From NCBI GenBank assembly GCA_038087875.1, contig CM075993.1, forward strand, positions 6,202,001 through 6,266,000: 64,000 bases of DNA, written 5' to 3'. The notes beneath the pieces were generated by a model that did no database searches, was not told the DNA's origin, and was given only the letters and a program-made list of their open reading frames with translations. Made by a program: the position numbers and the translations under genes. Shown in pieces: positions 49,750 to 62,704 of this stretch. The DNA is from Malacoraja senta (Eukaryota). The stretch's first letter is position 1. Each line of letters starts with the position of its first letter.

Positions 49750-51000
49750 GTATCGTTGTGGGCATTACTGTGACGTGGCTGCAAGAGGGTCAGAGCTGGG
49801 AGCTGAATAGCCAAGGTTAATCGTCTTATCGAAAAGACAGAGAGGTGGGCAGAGAGGGTGTGGGGGGTAGCTCTGCCGGTAAGGAATGAAATTCGGTCCT
49901 TCGCAAGAAGTAACATAGGATCAGAAGATGGAGAATCCTTGTGGGTATAGATGAGAAACGCCAAGGGTGAAAAAAGACCCTGATGGGAATTATTTACAGG
50001 CCCCCGAACTGTAGCCAGGATATAGGGTACAAATGACATCAGGAGATGCAATCGGCATGTAAGAAAGACAATGCTGCAGTGGTACCTTGCCGTGTTGCGG
50101 ACTTTAACATCGGGAGCTGCGATCCCTTGCCGAGGGTCGCCAGCGGAGCCTGTGGACTTTAACACCGTGAAGCACGCGGTCTCCGGTAAGAAGAAGCCGA
50201 CTCGGCAGCTCCAATCCATCCAGTGCTCCAATCCAGTGTTCCGATCCATCCCGACGCCGGAGTTTCGATCCATCCCGACGCCGGAGTTGCGATCCATCCC
50301 GACGCCGGAGTTTCGATCCATCCCGACGAGAGGGCTTGAACATCGGACCGTCGGCAGCGGCAAGTGCGGAGGGTTCAAAGGCCCCCGACCACGGGTGAAC
50401 AAAGGAGGAAGAGGACGGAATTTTATTGCCTTCCATCACAGTGAGGAATGTGGATTCCACTGTGGTGGATGTTTATGTTAAATTTTATTTTATGTGGCTG
50501 TGTGTATTGTTGTGTTTCACTTAGTATGGCTGTATGGTAACTCAAATTTCACTCTACCTAAAAGCCCTGTCCCACGGTACGAGTTCATTCCAAGAGCTCT
50601 CCTGAGTTTAAAAAAAATTCAAACTCGTGGTAAGCACGGAGAATGAACGTAGTGGGTATGTCGGAGCTCGGGGACGTCTCTTAGCGGCTCGTAACGCTAA
50701 CGGCAGGTACTCGGGAAGACTCGCTAACAGCAAGTAAGCACGGGAAGACTCGTGAAGATTTTTCAACATGTTGAAAAATGTCCACGAGAGCCCCGAGTAC
50801 TGACGAGTGGCCATTACCGTAAATCTCCGAGTTCGAATCAGGTCAAACTCGGGAGAGCTCTTGGAATGAACTCGTACCGTGGTTTTAGTTGGTTAAGTGA
50901 GAATAAACGCAAACTTGAAGTTGAAGGAGGATTTCAATGCGCAGGTAGACTGGGAAAATCAGGTTGGTACTGGACCCCAAGAGAGGGAAATTGTAGAGTG
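49750..51000 (+). mobile_element. CR1 endonuclease-domain remnant with a nested GC-rich element (~50080-50925) and Harbinger MITE (50562-50882)
   Basis: Decayed VGIT.TWL..WELN..YRKDR..ESLWV..IYRPPN, then DFN.QVDWENQ after the insert; MITE with long TIR CCACGGTACGAGTTCATTCCAAGAGCTCTCC. Confidence 0.75.
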
Positions 51001-51701
51001 GTTTAGCTCGTTCTCCTTGCTGTAAGGAATGAAGTGCCAAGTTGAAACTCTACCAAGGAGAAGATTGACTAAAATAAATCTCAAAATGTCCAGTGATGGC
51101 ATTCAGTAAATTCATGGGCTGTCCGCTGATATTTTTGAGTGGTGAGCAAATTTAATTTCAGGCGCAGGTGATTCCTGAGGTTTCTCTTCCTGACATTTAG
51201 AGAGTGGAATAACGCTGTTTGTGCTCAGAGTGGGAACGTTGAACAGTATTTTCCACTTGTTCAGCGGAGTGATCTAATCTTGGCTGGGACCTATCTGTCA
51301 GTCTTACCAGTGGAACTGTCTGACCCTTGGACTCTATGCTGGCAATGCCATAGCTCCGATCTTGCCCTGACAACTCCCCGCGCCCAAGACCACACGTTAT
51401 AGAAACATAGAAACATGTGTGCAGGAGTAGGCCATTCGGCCCTTCGAGCCAGCGCCGCCATTCAATATTATCATGGCTGATCATCCAAAATCAGTACCCC
51501 GTTCCTGCTTTCTTCCCATATCCCCTGATTCCGTTAGCCCTAAGAGCGAATACTAACTCATGACCCCGTTATGTCCCTGTTGTAGAATAATAGAGGTGTA
51601 CAGAGCGGAAACTGGCCCTTCGGCCCATCACGTCTGTGTGAGAGAAATCAAGTTGCCAATAAGATCCACTCCTGCTGTTTGTGTGGAGTTACTTAGTCGA
51701 A

Positions 51702-52585
51702 CGATAGTCAATGGTCGATGGTCGATAGTCAATGGGCGATGGGCGATGGTCGATGGGCGATGGTCCATGGTCAATGGTCGATGGTCCATGGTCAATGGTC
51801 AATGGTCCATGGTCCATGGTCAATGGCCGATGGTCGATGGGCGATGGTCGATGGTCAATAGTCAATGGTCCATGGTCCATGGTCCATGGTCGATGGTCAA
51901 TGGTCAATGGTCAATGGTCCATGGTCCATGGTCGATGGGCAATGGTCGATGGGCGATGGTCGAGTGTCCATGGTCAATGGTCAATGGTCAATGGTCCATG
52001 GTCGATAGTCAATGGTCAATGGTCCATGGTCAATGGTCGATGGGCGATGGTCGATGGGCGATGGTCAATGGTCCATGGTCCATGGTCCATGGTCGATGGG
52101 CGATGGGTGATGGTTGATGGTCCATGGTCGATGGGTGATGGGTGATGGTCGATGGTCCATGGTCGATGGTCGATGGTCCATGGTCGATGGGCGATGGGCG
52201 ATGGGCGATGGTCGATGGTCCATGGTCCATGGTCAATGGTCAATGGTCAATGGTCCATGGGCGATGGGCGATGGTCAATGGTCCATGGTCAATGGTCAAT
52301 GGTCCATGGTCCATGGTCCATGGGCGATGGGCGATGGGCGATGGTCAATGGTCGATGGTCGATGGTCCATGGTCCATGGTCCATGGTCCATGGTCGATGG
52401 GCGATGGTCCATGGTCGATGGGCGATGGTCGATGGTCGATGGTCCATGGTCAATGGTCAATGGTCCATGGTCCATGGTCCATGGTCAATGGTCAATGGTC
52501 CATGGTCCATGGGCGATGGGCGATGGTCAATGGTCAATGGTCCATGGTCCATGGGCGATGGGCGATGGTCGGTGGTTAATGGTCG
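51702..52585. repeat. 7-bp degenerate tandem repeat (ATGGTCN / ATGGGCG)n
   Basis: Read directly, ~125 units; abuts a minus-strand LINE tail motif at 52590-52620. Confidence 0.95.
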
Positions 52586-52784
52586 CTGGTTACGTGTACC
52601 AGGTACAGTCAAATACATTGTTTGCATACAGATCAGCAAGACTATCCTTGTACGTAAGGACAATTCCCAGTTAATGCAGAATGCACAGAATAGCCCACCA
52701 GGTCCACATGCAAGAGGCGCCATTTTAGTCATTGAATTTTGTTGGATAAGGAGGTAAAGCTATGATATTCACAATTCACATGTA

Positions 52785-53102
52785 GGGCAGCATGGTGGCA
52801 CAGCGGTAGAGTTGCTGCCTCACAGCACCAGGGACCCTTGTTCGATCCCAACCATGGGCGCTGTCTGTATGGAGTTTGTACGTTCTCCCCGTGACCACGT
52901 GGGTTTTCCCCGGGTGCTCCGGTTTCCTCCCACACTCCAAAGGCACACAGGTTTGTGGGTTAGTTGGCTGCGGTAAAATTGTAAATTGTCCCCAGTGTGT
53001 GTCGGATGGTGTTAGTGTACGGGGATCGCTGGTCGGCGCGGGCTCGGTGGGCCCAAGGGCCTGTTTCCAGGCTGCATCGCTGAAACTTAAACTAAAAACT
53101 AA
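52785..53102 (+). mobile_element. V-SINE, full length
   Basis: Matches the consensus. Confidence 0.88.
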
Positions 53103-53523
53103 ATGCCAGGTGCTTGTGGTTTCCTCCCACGTCCCAAACGTGTGCCGGGACGGATGTGGTAAATGGAGGTGAGGGCAGAAGATCAAAGGGAAGTTGATGA
53201 GCTTGTGTGAGAGAGACCTGGAGAGGCAAGAGTCAAGTGTGTTTTATTGTCATTGGCACTAAAACAGAACAATGACATTATTACTTGCAGCAGCACAAGT
53301 TTGTAAACCCAGTCTGAAGCCAGTCTGAAGAAGGGTTTCGGCCCGAAACGTTGCCTATTTCCTTCGCTCCATAGATGCTGCTGCACCCGCTGAGTTTCTC
53401 CAGCATTTTTGTGTACCCTTGTAAACACAGAACTCTATAGATAATGTAATGAACCGTCAAAAAAAAGTTAAATAGATTTTAAAAAACCCAATATGGTTTG
53501 GCGGTCGCAAGAACGACAACTAA

Positions 53524-54087
53524 AGGCTCTGTCTTACGTGTTTGCGGTCATCGGCGGTGAAGCGCGGCTTCGCCTGTAGAGTGGACCGCCGAGCCTATCC
53601 ACGGGAGCGCCGCACAGATGCTGCGCGGGGGCCGAGTGATTCAAATACGGCTGGTCCCACGTGCTTGCGGTAAGTAAAAAAAAGTGCGGGCCGACTGCGA
53701 TGACGTCGGCCCGCCGCACGTGACTCACCAGCGGCGGCTGTGGCGGCGGCCGTTCTGATCGCGGCGCTGTAGCGGTGGCTGTGCCTGCGGCCGTGCCGCA
53801 CACGTGCCTCACTGGCGGAGGCTGTGGCAGTGGAAGTTTGACGCACGGCGCTCGAGCCACACTGGCGGCGGCCCGTGCGGGCGGCCGTGCCGCACTCGTG
53901 CATCACTGGTGGAGGTTGTGCGGTAAGAATATATTTTTCAACAGTGTAGGTTTTATTTTAGCACCGTGCGGTGTTGGGAACACCGCCGCACGGCCCCGGA
54001 ATTGTGTGTTCTCACGAGTGCGCGGTCTATGGCGGCAGATTCTTCCCGTTTCGCCGCCAATGACTGCAGACTCGTGAGACAGGCCTT
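53524..54087. mobile_element. CpG-rich PIF/Harbinger MITE
   Basis: TAA TSD; imperfect ~35-bp TIRs AGGCTCTGTCTTACGTGTTTGCGGTCATCGGCGG / CCGCCAATGACTGCAGACTCGTGAGACAGGCCTT. Confidence 0.85.
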
Positions 54088-54129
54088 TAAGTTTTGTAAC
54101 GTATTTTATCCTGAAAATAGCTACTTAGC

Positions 54130-54330
54130 TCACAGGTTCTTACAACACGTCTGGCCACAACGGTGATCAGCGCTCAACTGCCGCGCGACAGCGAAACCGC
54201 GCCAAAAAACAGCAGCCCCTCCCGAGTCACGTGACCGCGGCTTCCGAACGCCGGGTTCGATACCTGCGTGCGCCAGCAGGTGCCGCTACAATAGTGCGAA
54301 ACAAAACGGAAGCCCAAAGACCAGTTCAAC
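54130..54330. promoter_or_regulatory. Candidate CpG-island promoter (E2F, E-box/CLEAR and ETS motifs)
   Basis: Non-repetitive CpG-dense stretch with GCGCCAAA 54199-54206, GTCACGTGAC 54226-54235, CTTCCG 54241-54246 and CGGAAG 54307-54312. Confidence 0.4.
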
Positions 54331-54436
54331 AAGGACATTCGCAGTTCGGAGTTTAGTTGAGGTTCGTTGGGCCTGTTTCCCGCGCTGTATCTCCAAACTG
54401 AACAAAAAATGCCTGTTCCTCTGCTGTACCGTTCTA

Positions 54437-54900
54437 TGTGGGAAGGAACTGCAGATGCCGGTTTAAACCGAAGATAGGCGCGGGAAAGCTGGAGTAACTC
54501 ATCGGGACAGGCAGCATCTCTGGAGAGAAGGAATGGGTGACGTTTCGGGTCTGAAGAAGGGTCTCGACCCGAAATTTCTCACAGAGAGTGGTGATTCTGT
54601 GGAATTCTCTGCCTCAGAGGGCGGTGGAGGCGGGTTCTCTGGATGCTTTCAAGAGAGAACTAGATAGGGCTCTTAAAAATAGCGGAGTCAGGGGATATGG
54701 GGAGAAGGCAGGAACGGGGTACTGATTGGGGATGATCAGCCATGATCACATTGAATGGTGGTGCTGGCTCGAAGGGCCAAATGGCCTACTCCTGCACCTA
54801 TTGTCTATTGACTATTGTCTATTGAAAAGTCACCCATTCCTTCTCTCCAGAGATGCTGCCTGTCCCGCTGAGTTACTCCAGCTTTTTGTGTCTATCTTCT
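54437..54900. mobile_element. PLE family A inverted pair split by a CR1 3' fragment (~54575-54823)
   Basis: The hammerhead GAAA is interrupted by CR1, and the PLE resumes at GTCACCCATTCC. Confidence 0.8.
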
Positions 54901-55189
54901 GTACAGTTCTATGTTCATAATAATGCAAAAATGAAATATGTAGCACAAGGTTGTCCATGGTACATCATCGTTGCTGAGGTAGGGTGGTGTTTGCGTCGTG
55001 CAGTTTCCAAGGGTCTGATGGCTGTAGGGAAGCGGCTCTTCCTGAACCTGGGCGTTACAGTTTTCAGGCTCTTGTATCTTCTTCCCGATGGCAGGAATGA
55101 AATGAGAGCATGGCCAGGGTGGTGTAGGGTCTCTGATGACGCTGGCTGCCATTTTGAGACAGCGCCTCCTGTAGATCCCCTCGACGGTG

Positions 55190-55992
55190 GGGCGGCACGG
55201 TGGCGCAGCAGTAGGGTTGCTGCCTTACAGCGGCGGAGACCCGGGTTGGATCACGACTACGGGGGCTGCTGTTGGCACGGAGTTTGCACGTTCTCCCCGT
55301 GACTTTTCTCCAAGATCTTCGGTTTCCTCCCACACCCCAAAGACGTACAGGTTTGTAGGTTGATTGGGTTGCTCAGCATAAGTGTAAAATGTCCCTGGTG
55401 TGTGCAGGATAGTGTAAAGGGCCTGTCCCACGAGCATGCGACTGCATGCGGCAAGCGCAACCTAACGTGGTCGCGCTACCCGTGCGGCCTCGCCTGGCCG
55501 GTCCCACTTTGATCGCTGGAGCCGCATGGAGTTGTGCGGAGTTGGTCCCGACATCGCGCGGGGCTCCGAAAAACTGACCGTGTTCAAAAATTCCGTGCGG
55601 CAACGGCCTGCCGGCCCGCAGCCGCATGGAGGCCGCACGCACCGCCTCAACGCCGTACTCAGCGTCTTGACGCCGTACGTCACGCGCGAACTTACCGCGT
55701 ACTTCGCTCGAACTCCACGTCACTCACTCGACCTCCGCGCGGCCCCCGTTTCCGGTTTGGTCGCGTTCGCCACGTGCAGCTGCATGCTGGTGGGTCCGGC
55801 CCTGTACGGGGATCACTCGACCTCCGCGCGACCCCCACGCGGCCCCCCGCTTCCGGTTAGGTCGCGCTTGCTGCATGCAGTCGCATGCTCGTGGGCCCTT
55901 TAGTGTGTGGGGATCGCTGGTAGGCACGGACTAGGTGGGCCGAAGGGCCTGTTTCCAGCGCTGCATCTCTAAACTAAACTAAACTAGACTAA
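55190..55992 (+). mobile_element. V-SINE interrupted by a Harbinger MITE (55418-55899)
   Basis: TIR AGGGCCTGTCCCACGAGCATGCGACTGCATGC / GCATGCAGTCGCATGCTCGTGGGCCCT; TWA flanks. Confidence 0.87.
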
Positions 55993-56364
55993 AGGTGAGT
56001 TCCTGTGATGGACCGGGCAGTGTCCACCACTTTTTGTCATCTCCTTTCGTTCCTGGGCATTCAATAAGGTCATGGGCTGATCGCTGACATCCACTGCTCT
56101 TCCTTGTCCCAGTTCTCACAACCCTTGGATTCCCGACTCTACCGCAAAGCTTATTATCTCAGCCTGCACTTTTCTGAACGACTCCAGCTCTCCAGCTGCC
56201 TGGGTCTGTGAACAAGGAATTCCACAGATTCACCACCCTCTGACTAAAGACATTCCTCCTCATCTCCTTCCTAAAGGAACGTCCTTTAATTCTGAGGCTG
56301 TGCCCTCTGGTCCTAGACTCTCCCACTAGTGGAAACATCCTCTCCACATCCACTCTATATTCAC

Positions 56365-56753
56365 CAAAGATCCTATAGCGAGCAAGATCGCCCACTCGAC
56401 GAAAAAGACGTAGTACGGTCATGGGCAGATTCATGGGTAATTTTCGGCCCCATTTCCGTAACCGGCTTCCGTCTCCGCACCAAAGATCCCGTCATAGCGG
56501 AGCAAAGATACTAGTGCGGAGACGGAAGCCGGTTACGGAAACATCCTCGTAAAAATAAAAGTTATTTGGTAAAAATCTTCTCATTTTCAGAATTTTAATT
56601 TATGAACACAAACTGTTCCCCCGGCAACTGCGAGTCGGGTCGGGTTACGGAAATGGATGATAAAAAGGCCCACGTTCTTCTCCGTTGCGTACTACACGTC
56701 AGCCCATTGCATTTAGCAGGAGTGGTCTATCTTGCTCCGCTATAGGATCTTTG
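56365..56753. mobile_element. hAT-type MITE inside a minus-strand CR1 fragment (~56215-56835)
   Basis: Perfect 8-bp TSD ATATTCAC; reverse complement of 7714-8122. Confidence 0.92.
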
Positions 56754-57413
56754 ATATTCACTATTCTGTACGTTTCAATGAGGTTCCCCCCCCCCCTCAT
56801 CCTTCGAGTACAGGCCCAGTGCCGACAAACGCTCTTCCTATGTTATGGAGTGCTGCAGGAGGCGGGAGCTAAACTGGGACATATCCATCTACGAGGAACA
56901 GGGCCATGCTCGGACTGACATTCCACGTTCAACTTTTTATTTTTACCAAGCTTTATTTACAGTTTTATGACAACATTTACCATAAAAGGGAAAGTCCCAC
57001 AAGTTCTAGCCGGCAGTCAGTCGGCCACCTCTGGCCTGAGTGCTAAATGCGGTGCTAATTGTTGTCTTATTTACCCGACGGTCACCTTCCGTTGAGAACC
57101 ATCCGTAAAGAACATTTCAGCTTATATGGTCACATTAAACAGTGCCAATCTGATACCAGCAGTAGAGTTCGACTATAGATTGACCCGCTGTGAATTCCGT
57201 AATACATTGTACAGGCAACCGTGCCAAGCTACGAGTCACTTGACGTCCGTTTACATTGAAATCCCTGCTTAACTTTTACTGCAAGATAAATTGTTTAAAC
57301 TATCCGGTGATGACAGATCTAATTTAAGAGGCATTTCATGTCTGCGTTTCGTCTACAGTGGCTTGTTAATGGAACATCACTCTCATCTCTGGCCTTCCAG
57401 AGTGAAATCCAGG

Positions 57414-59040
57414 TTAGTCGGGAAGTGGTGTTGGGTAAATTGAATGGATTATAGGCCGATAAATCACCAGGGCCAGGTAGGCTGCATCCCAGAGTACTTA
57501 AGGAAGTAGCTCCAGAAATAGTGGATGCATTAGTGATAATTTTTCAAAACTCTTTAGATTCTGGAGTAGTTCCTGAGGATTGGAGGGTAGCAAACGTAAC
57601 CCCACTTTTTAAGAAGGGAGGGAGAGAGAAAACGGGGAATTACAGACCAGTTAGTCTAACATCGGTAGTGGGGAAACTGCTAGAGTCAGTTATTAAAGAT
57701 GGGATAGCAGCACATTTGGAAAGTGGTGAAATCATTGGACAAAGTCAGCATGGATTTACGAAAGGTAAATCATGTCTGACGAATCTTATAGAATTTTTCG
57801 AGGATGTAACTAGTAGAGTGGATAGGGGAGAACCAGTGGATGTGTTGTATCTGGACTTTCACAAGGCTTTCGACAAGGTCCCACATAAGAGATTAATATA
57901 CAAACTTAAAGCACATGGTATTGGGGGTTCAGTATTGATGTGGATAGAGAACTGGCTGGCAAACAGGAAGCAAAGAGTAGGAGTAAACGGGTCCTTTTCA
58001 CAATGGCAGGCAGTGACTAGTGGGGTACCGCAAGGCTCAGTGCTGGGACCCCAGCTATTTACAATTTATATTAATGAACTGGATGAGGGAATTGAAGGCA
58101 ACATCTCCAAGTTTGCGGATGACACTAAGCTGGGGGGCAGTGTTAGCTGTGAGGAGGATGCTAGGAGACTGCAAGGTGACTTGGATAGGCTGGGTGAGTG
58201 GGCAAATGTTTGGCAGATGCAGTATAATGTGGATAAATGTGAGGTTATCCACTTTGGTGGCAAAAACAGGAAAGCTATTATCTAAATGGTGGCCAATTAG
58301 GAAAAGGGGAGATGCAGCGAGATCTGGGTGTCATGGTACACCAGTCATTGAAAGTAGGCATGCAGGTGCAGCAGGCAGTGAAGAAAGCGAATGGTATGTT
58401 AGCTTTCATAGCAAAAGGATTTGAGTATAGGAGCAGGGAGGTTCTACTGCAGTTGTACAGGGTCTTGGTGAGAGCACACCTGGAGTATTGCGTACAGTTT
58501 TGGTCTCCAAATCTGAGGAAGAACATTATAGCCATAGAGGGAGTGCAGAGAAGGTTCACCAGACTGATTCCTGGGATGTCAGGACTTTCATATGAAGAAA
58601 GACTGGATAGACTCGGCTTATACTCGCTAGAATTTAGGAGATTGAGAGGGGATCTTATAGAAACTTACAAAATTCTTATGGGGTTGGACAGGCTAGATGC
58701 AGGAAGATTGTTCCCGATGTTGGGGAAGTCCAGGACAAGGGGTCACAGCTTAAGGATAAGGGGGAAATCCTTTAAGACCGAGATGAGTAAAAACGTTTTC
58801 ACACAGAGAGTGGTGAATCTCTGGAACTCTCTGCCACAGAGGGTAGTCGAGGCCAGTTCATTGGCTATATTTAAGAGGGAGTTAGATGTGGCCCTTGTGG
58901 CTAAAGGGATCAGGGAGTATGGAGAGAAGACAGGTACAGGATACTGAGTTGGATGATCAGCCATGATCACATTGAATGGCGGTGCAGGCTCGAAGGGCCG
59001 AATGGCCTACTCCTGCACCTATTTTCTATGTATCTATGTT
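57414..59040 (+). mobile_element. CR1 LINE, 5'-truncated, with complete RT domain (ORFs 57521-58285 and 58312-58947, one frameshift)
   Basis: KSPGP..NYRPVSLTS..QHGF..YLDFHKAFDKVPH..GVPQGSVLGP..FADDTKL; 4-nt deletion near 58275 relative to the copy at 1741-1756; CTATGTAT tail. Confidence 0.96.
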
Positions 59041-59613
59041 TCTTCTGCCTCGCCAGCAGTCTGTCTGTCCCTTCCTTCTCTGTTGTTTCTTTAGTATGTG
59101 TTAACATGTATGTTTTTAGTGTTGTTTAGCTTGTTTTTATGTGGGGGATGTGTGGGGGGGCGGGGATTGAGGGAAACCATTTTAAATCTCTTACCTCGAC
59201 GGAGATGCGACTTTTTCCGTGTCGTAACTCCGTCCGCACTGCGGCCTAACATCGTGGAGCTGGCGGCCTCCGATGCGGACCGACTTCGGGAGGTCCAACT
59301 GCGGGAGCCTGCGGACTTACCATCGTGGAGCTGGTGGTCCCTGGTTAGAGACCGACTTCGGGAGCTCCAAGCCGCCGGAGCTACGCGGGAGCTTCGATCG
59401 CCCCGACGCGGGAGAAAAATGTGGGAAGAAGATTGGACTTTATTGCCTTCCATCACAGTGAGGAGCGTGGGGAATCCACTGTGGTGGATGTTTATGTTAA
59501 CTTTATGTAGTTGTGTGTCTTGTTGCTTATTTAAATAATGCTTTATGGTAATTTGCATATCACGGCACCTTAATTGGTGGACGTGACAATAAAAGACCTT
59601 TGAAACCTTTGAA
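59041..59613 (+). mobile_element. GC-rich non-coding retroelement inserted in the CR1 tail
   Basis: Hairpins at 59198-59234 and 59450-59487; GTGACAATAAA plus (ACCTTTGAA)2 tail; homologous to 26129-26989. Confidence 0.65.
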
Positions 59614-59854
59614 TGTATCTGTGGAGAGCTATGCATGACTGCCAATGATATCTGTAAGTTTCGTACATGCAGCCTTCAATAAGAACATCGTGGAGTTGGT
59701 GTTATTGTAGGATTCATAGAGTCCCACACTATGGAAACAGGCCCTTCGGCCTAACTTGCCCAGGCCGACCAACATGCCCCGTCTGCACCAGTCCCACCTG
59801 ACCTTGTCCAGTCCCATATCCCTCCAAACCTCTCCTATCCATGTACCTGTCGAG

Positions 59855-60330
59855 TGTGTAGGAAGGAACTGCAGATGTTGGTTTCCACCGAAGATAGCCA
59901 CAAAAAGCTGGAGTAACTCAGCGGGTCAGGCAGCATCTCTGGAGAGAAGGAATGGGTGACGTTTCGGGTCGTGACCCTTCTTCAGACTGAGAGTGAGGGG
60001 GAAAGGGAAACGAGAGATATAGACGTTGATGTAGAGATATAGAACAAATGAGTGGAAGATATGCAAAATGGCAACGGTGACCAAGGTTAGGTGGAGCCCA
60101 TAATGGTCCATTGTTGGAATTCTCTGTCTCAGAGGCCGGTGGAGGCGGGTTCTCTGGATGCTTTCAAGAGAGAGCTAGATAGGGCTCTTAAAAATAGCAG
60201 TCAGGGGATATGGGGAGAAGGCAGGAACGGGGTACTGATTGGGGATGATCAGCCATGATCACATTGAATGGCGGTGCTGACTCGAAGGGCCGAATGGCCT
60301 ACTCCTGCACCTATTGTCTATTGTCTATTG
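59855..60330. mobile_element. Minus-strand PLE family A pLTR (59855-60115) with an inserted CR1 3' fragment (~60115-60330)
   Basis: Hammerhead core on the minus strand at ~59957-59986; CR1 UTR with CTATTGT tail. Confidence 0.8.
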
Positions 60331-60865
60331 GCTGTGGGGTAGGTGATACCTGTCTAAATGCTTTTTAAACATTGCTTAACTACCTGTTCTGTCAACTCAT
60401 TCCATACACCTACCACCCTATGTGCAAAAACTTTACCCCTCGGGTTCCTATTAAACATTTTCCCCCCTCACCTTAAACCTCTGTCCTCTGGTCCTCGATT
60501 CCCATACACTGGGCAAGAGACTCTGTGCGTCTACCCGATCTATTCCTTTCATGATTTTGTACACCTCTGTAAGATCACCTCTCATCCTCCTGTGTGTGGT
60601 GGCTATTTGGTCCTTTGAGACTGCCCTGAGAGCTACAGTGTGGAAACAGGCCCTTCAGCCCACCGAGTCTGTGCCGACCAGCGATCACCCACACACCAGT
60701 TCTTTCCTGCACACTAGGGACAGTTTACAGAAGCCAATGAATGTACAAACCAGCACGCCTTTGGGATGTGGGACTTCGCAGAGTTACTCCAGCACTTTGT
60801 GTCTTTTTTTTGTGTGAACTAGCATCTGCAGTTCCTTGTTCATCAGGGTTTTTTGGGGAAGTTTG

Positions 60866-61151
60866 GTTTAGTTTAGAGATATAGGGCAGAAACAGGCCCT
60901 TCGGACCAACGGGTCCGTGCCGACCAGCGATCTCCGCACATTAACGCTATCTACACACACTCGGGACAAATTAGAATTTAAACCAAGCCATTCTGCCGAC
61001 AAACCTGCACGTCTTTGGAACGTGGGAGGAAACCGGATCACCCGGAGAAAACCCACGTGATCACATATGGACAGCGCCTGTAGTCGGGATCGAACCCGGG
61101 TCTCTGGCGCTGTGAGGCAGCAACTCTACCGCTGCGCCACCGTGCCGCCCC
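60866..61151 (-). mobile_element. V-SINE
   Basis: Matches the consensus with an internal deletion. Confidence 0.85.
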
Positions 61152-61451
61152 CGGTAACTCTGGAAAGCTTTGAGCAAGATTCACCACGCACACCTGCAGC
61201 TGATGCCTGTGTTTGGACTGCACGCATGCTGAGCGCTTTCAGGCGTTTGTGGGGTTATAGGATCTGACGGCTCCAGTGGAGCGCGGAGATGGAAGAGAGC
61301 TCTGGTCTCGGGGGACCCACAAGGTCGTTCCACTGACTGGGAGAGAGGAAATGAAATCCTTCCCACAGCAAAATGCTGGGGCAACTCAGCGGGACAGGCA
61401 GCATCTCTGGAGAGAAGGGATGGGTGATGTTTGGGGTCGAGACCCTTCCTA

Positions 61452-61674
61452 AGAAACATAGAAACATAGAAAATAGGTGCAGGAGTAGGCCATTCGGCCC
61501 TTCGAGCCTGCACCGCCATTCAATATGATCATGGCTGATCATCCAACTCAGTATCCTGTACCTGCCTTCTCTCCATACCCCCTGATCCCTTTAGCTACAA
61601 GGGCCACATCTAACTCCCTCTTAAATATAGCCAATGAACTGGCCTCAACTACCTTCTGTGGCAGAGAATTCCAG
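61452..61674 (-). mobile_element. CR1 3' end nested in a PLE family A inverted pair (61369-61880)
   Basis: (AGAAACAT)n tail and CR1 UTR between PLE arms. Confidence 0.8.
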
Positions 61675-62704
61675 AGAAGGGGATATCGAGAGGATGTTTT
61701 TCCTAGCGGGAGAGTCTATGACCAAAGGCCTTCTTACGAAGGATCGTATACTTAAAAACAATCTCGACTGAAACGTTACCCATTCCTTCTCTCCAGAGAT
61801 GCTGCCTGTCCCGCTGAGTTACTCCAGCTTTTTGTGTCTATCTTCGATATAAACCAGCATCTGCAGTTCCTTCCTGCACATGCTGGATGGACTCAAAGCC
61901 TTGTCGGGTAAGACCCACCATTGTCCCATACATGTCCCAACTCCATAGCCTCCCATTCCTTCCCTGATGTCTCTCCTCCCCCCTCAGATGCTGGAAGCCC
62001 TGATGTGGAAACAAAGAACTGCAGACACTGGTTGATGCGCAAAAAGACACAAAGTGCTGGAGTAACTCAGTAGGTTAGGCAGCATCTGTGGAGAACATGG
62101 ATGGGTGACGTTCCGGGTCGAGACCCTTCCTCAGGCTTTGGTGTAATGCCTAACGAGTCCGGTGGCCGTGAGGCCTCTGGTCCAAGCCTCTCCCACTAGT
62201 AAAAACATTGTCTCCGCATCCCTCCACCTTCCGGAATAATCTCTGCTGTTGGGCTGTCCACCTGACAACACTTTTGAGAGACACAAGCACGGTAACAGGC
62301 CCTTCGGCCCACCGAGTCCACGCTGACCATCGATCACCCCAGTTCTACCTTATCCCACTCTCTCATCCACTCCCTGCTCACCAGGGCGACGTTACCTCAG
62401 AGGGCCAATTAGCCTACGGACCCTCACGACTTTGGGATGTGGGGGGGAAACCGGAGCGCGGTCGTGGGGAGAGCATGCAGACTCCGCGCAGACAGCACCG
62501 GACGTCAGGATCGAACCCGGGTCTCTGACGCTGTGATCCGGCGGCTCTCCTCGCAGCGCCACCGTGCCTGAAAACGTCCACCAGACGTTCATCGGCTTGC
62601 CGGGATGTGGGCGGGGTAGTTAATAGCCATCACCACCAATGGTAGCAAATGAACGCCCAGTTGGCCCAACATTCCCAAGTGATTGAACCAGGTCCCCGGT
62701 TTGT

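Noticed and set aside
50242..50330. 24-bp repeat of about 3.5 copies encoding RSIPTPEF
   Set aside because: Local tandem duplication inside a non-coding retroelement
51560..52757. W/S/M/V/G-rich ORFs
   Set aside because: Translation of the heptamer repeat
54225..54275. tRNA-like 3' half (GGTTCGATACC..GCGCCA)
   Set aside because: No A-box and no acceptor-stem pairing for a cloverleaf
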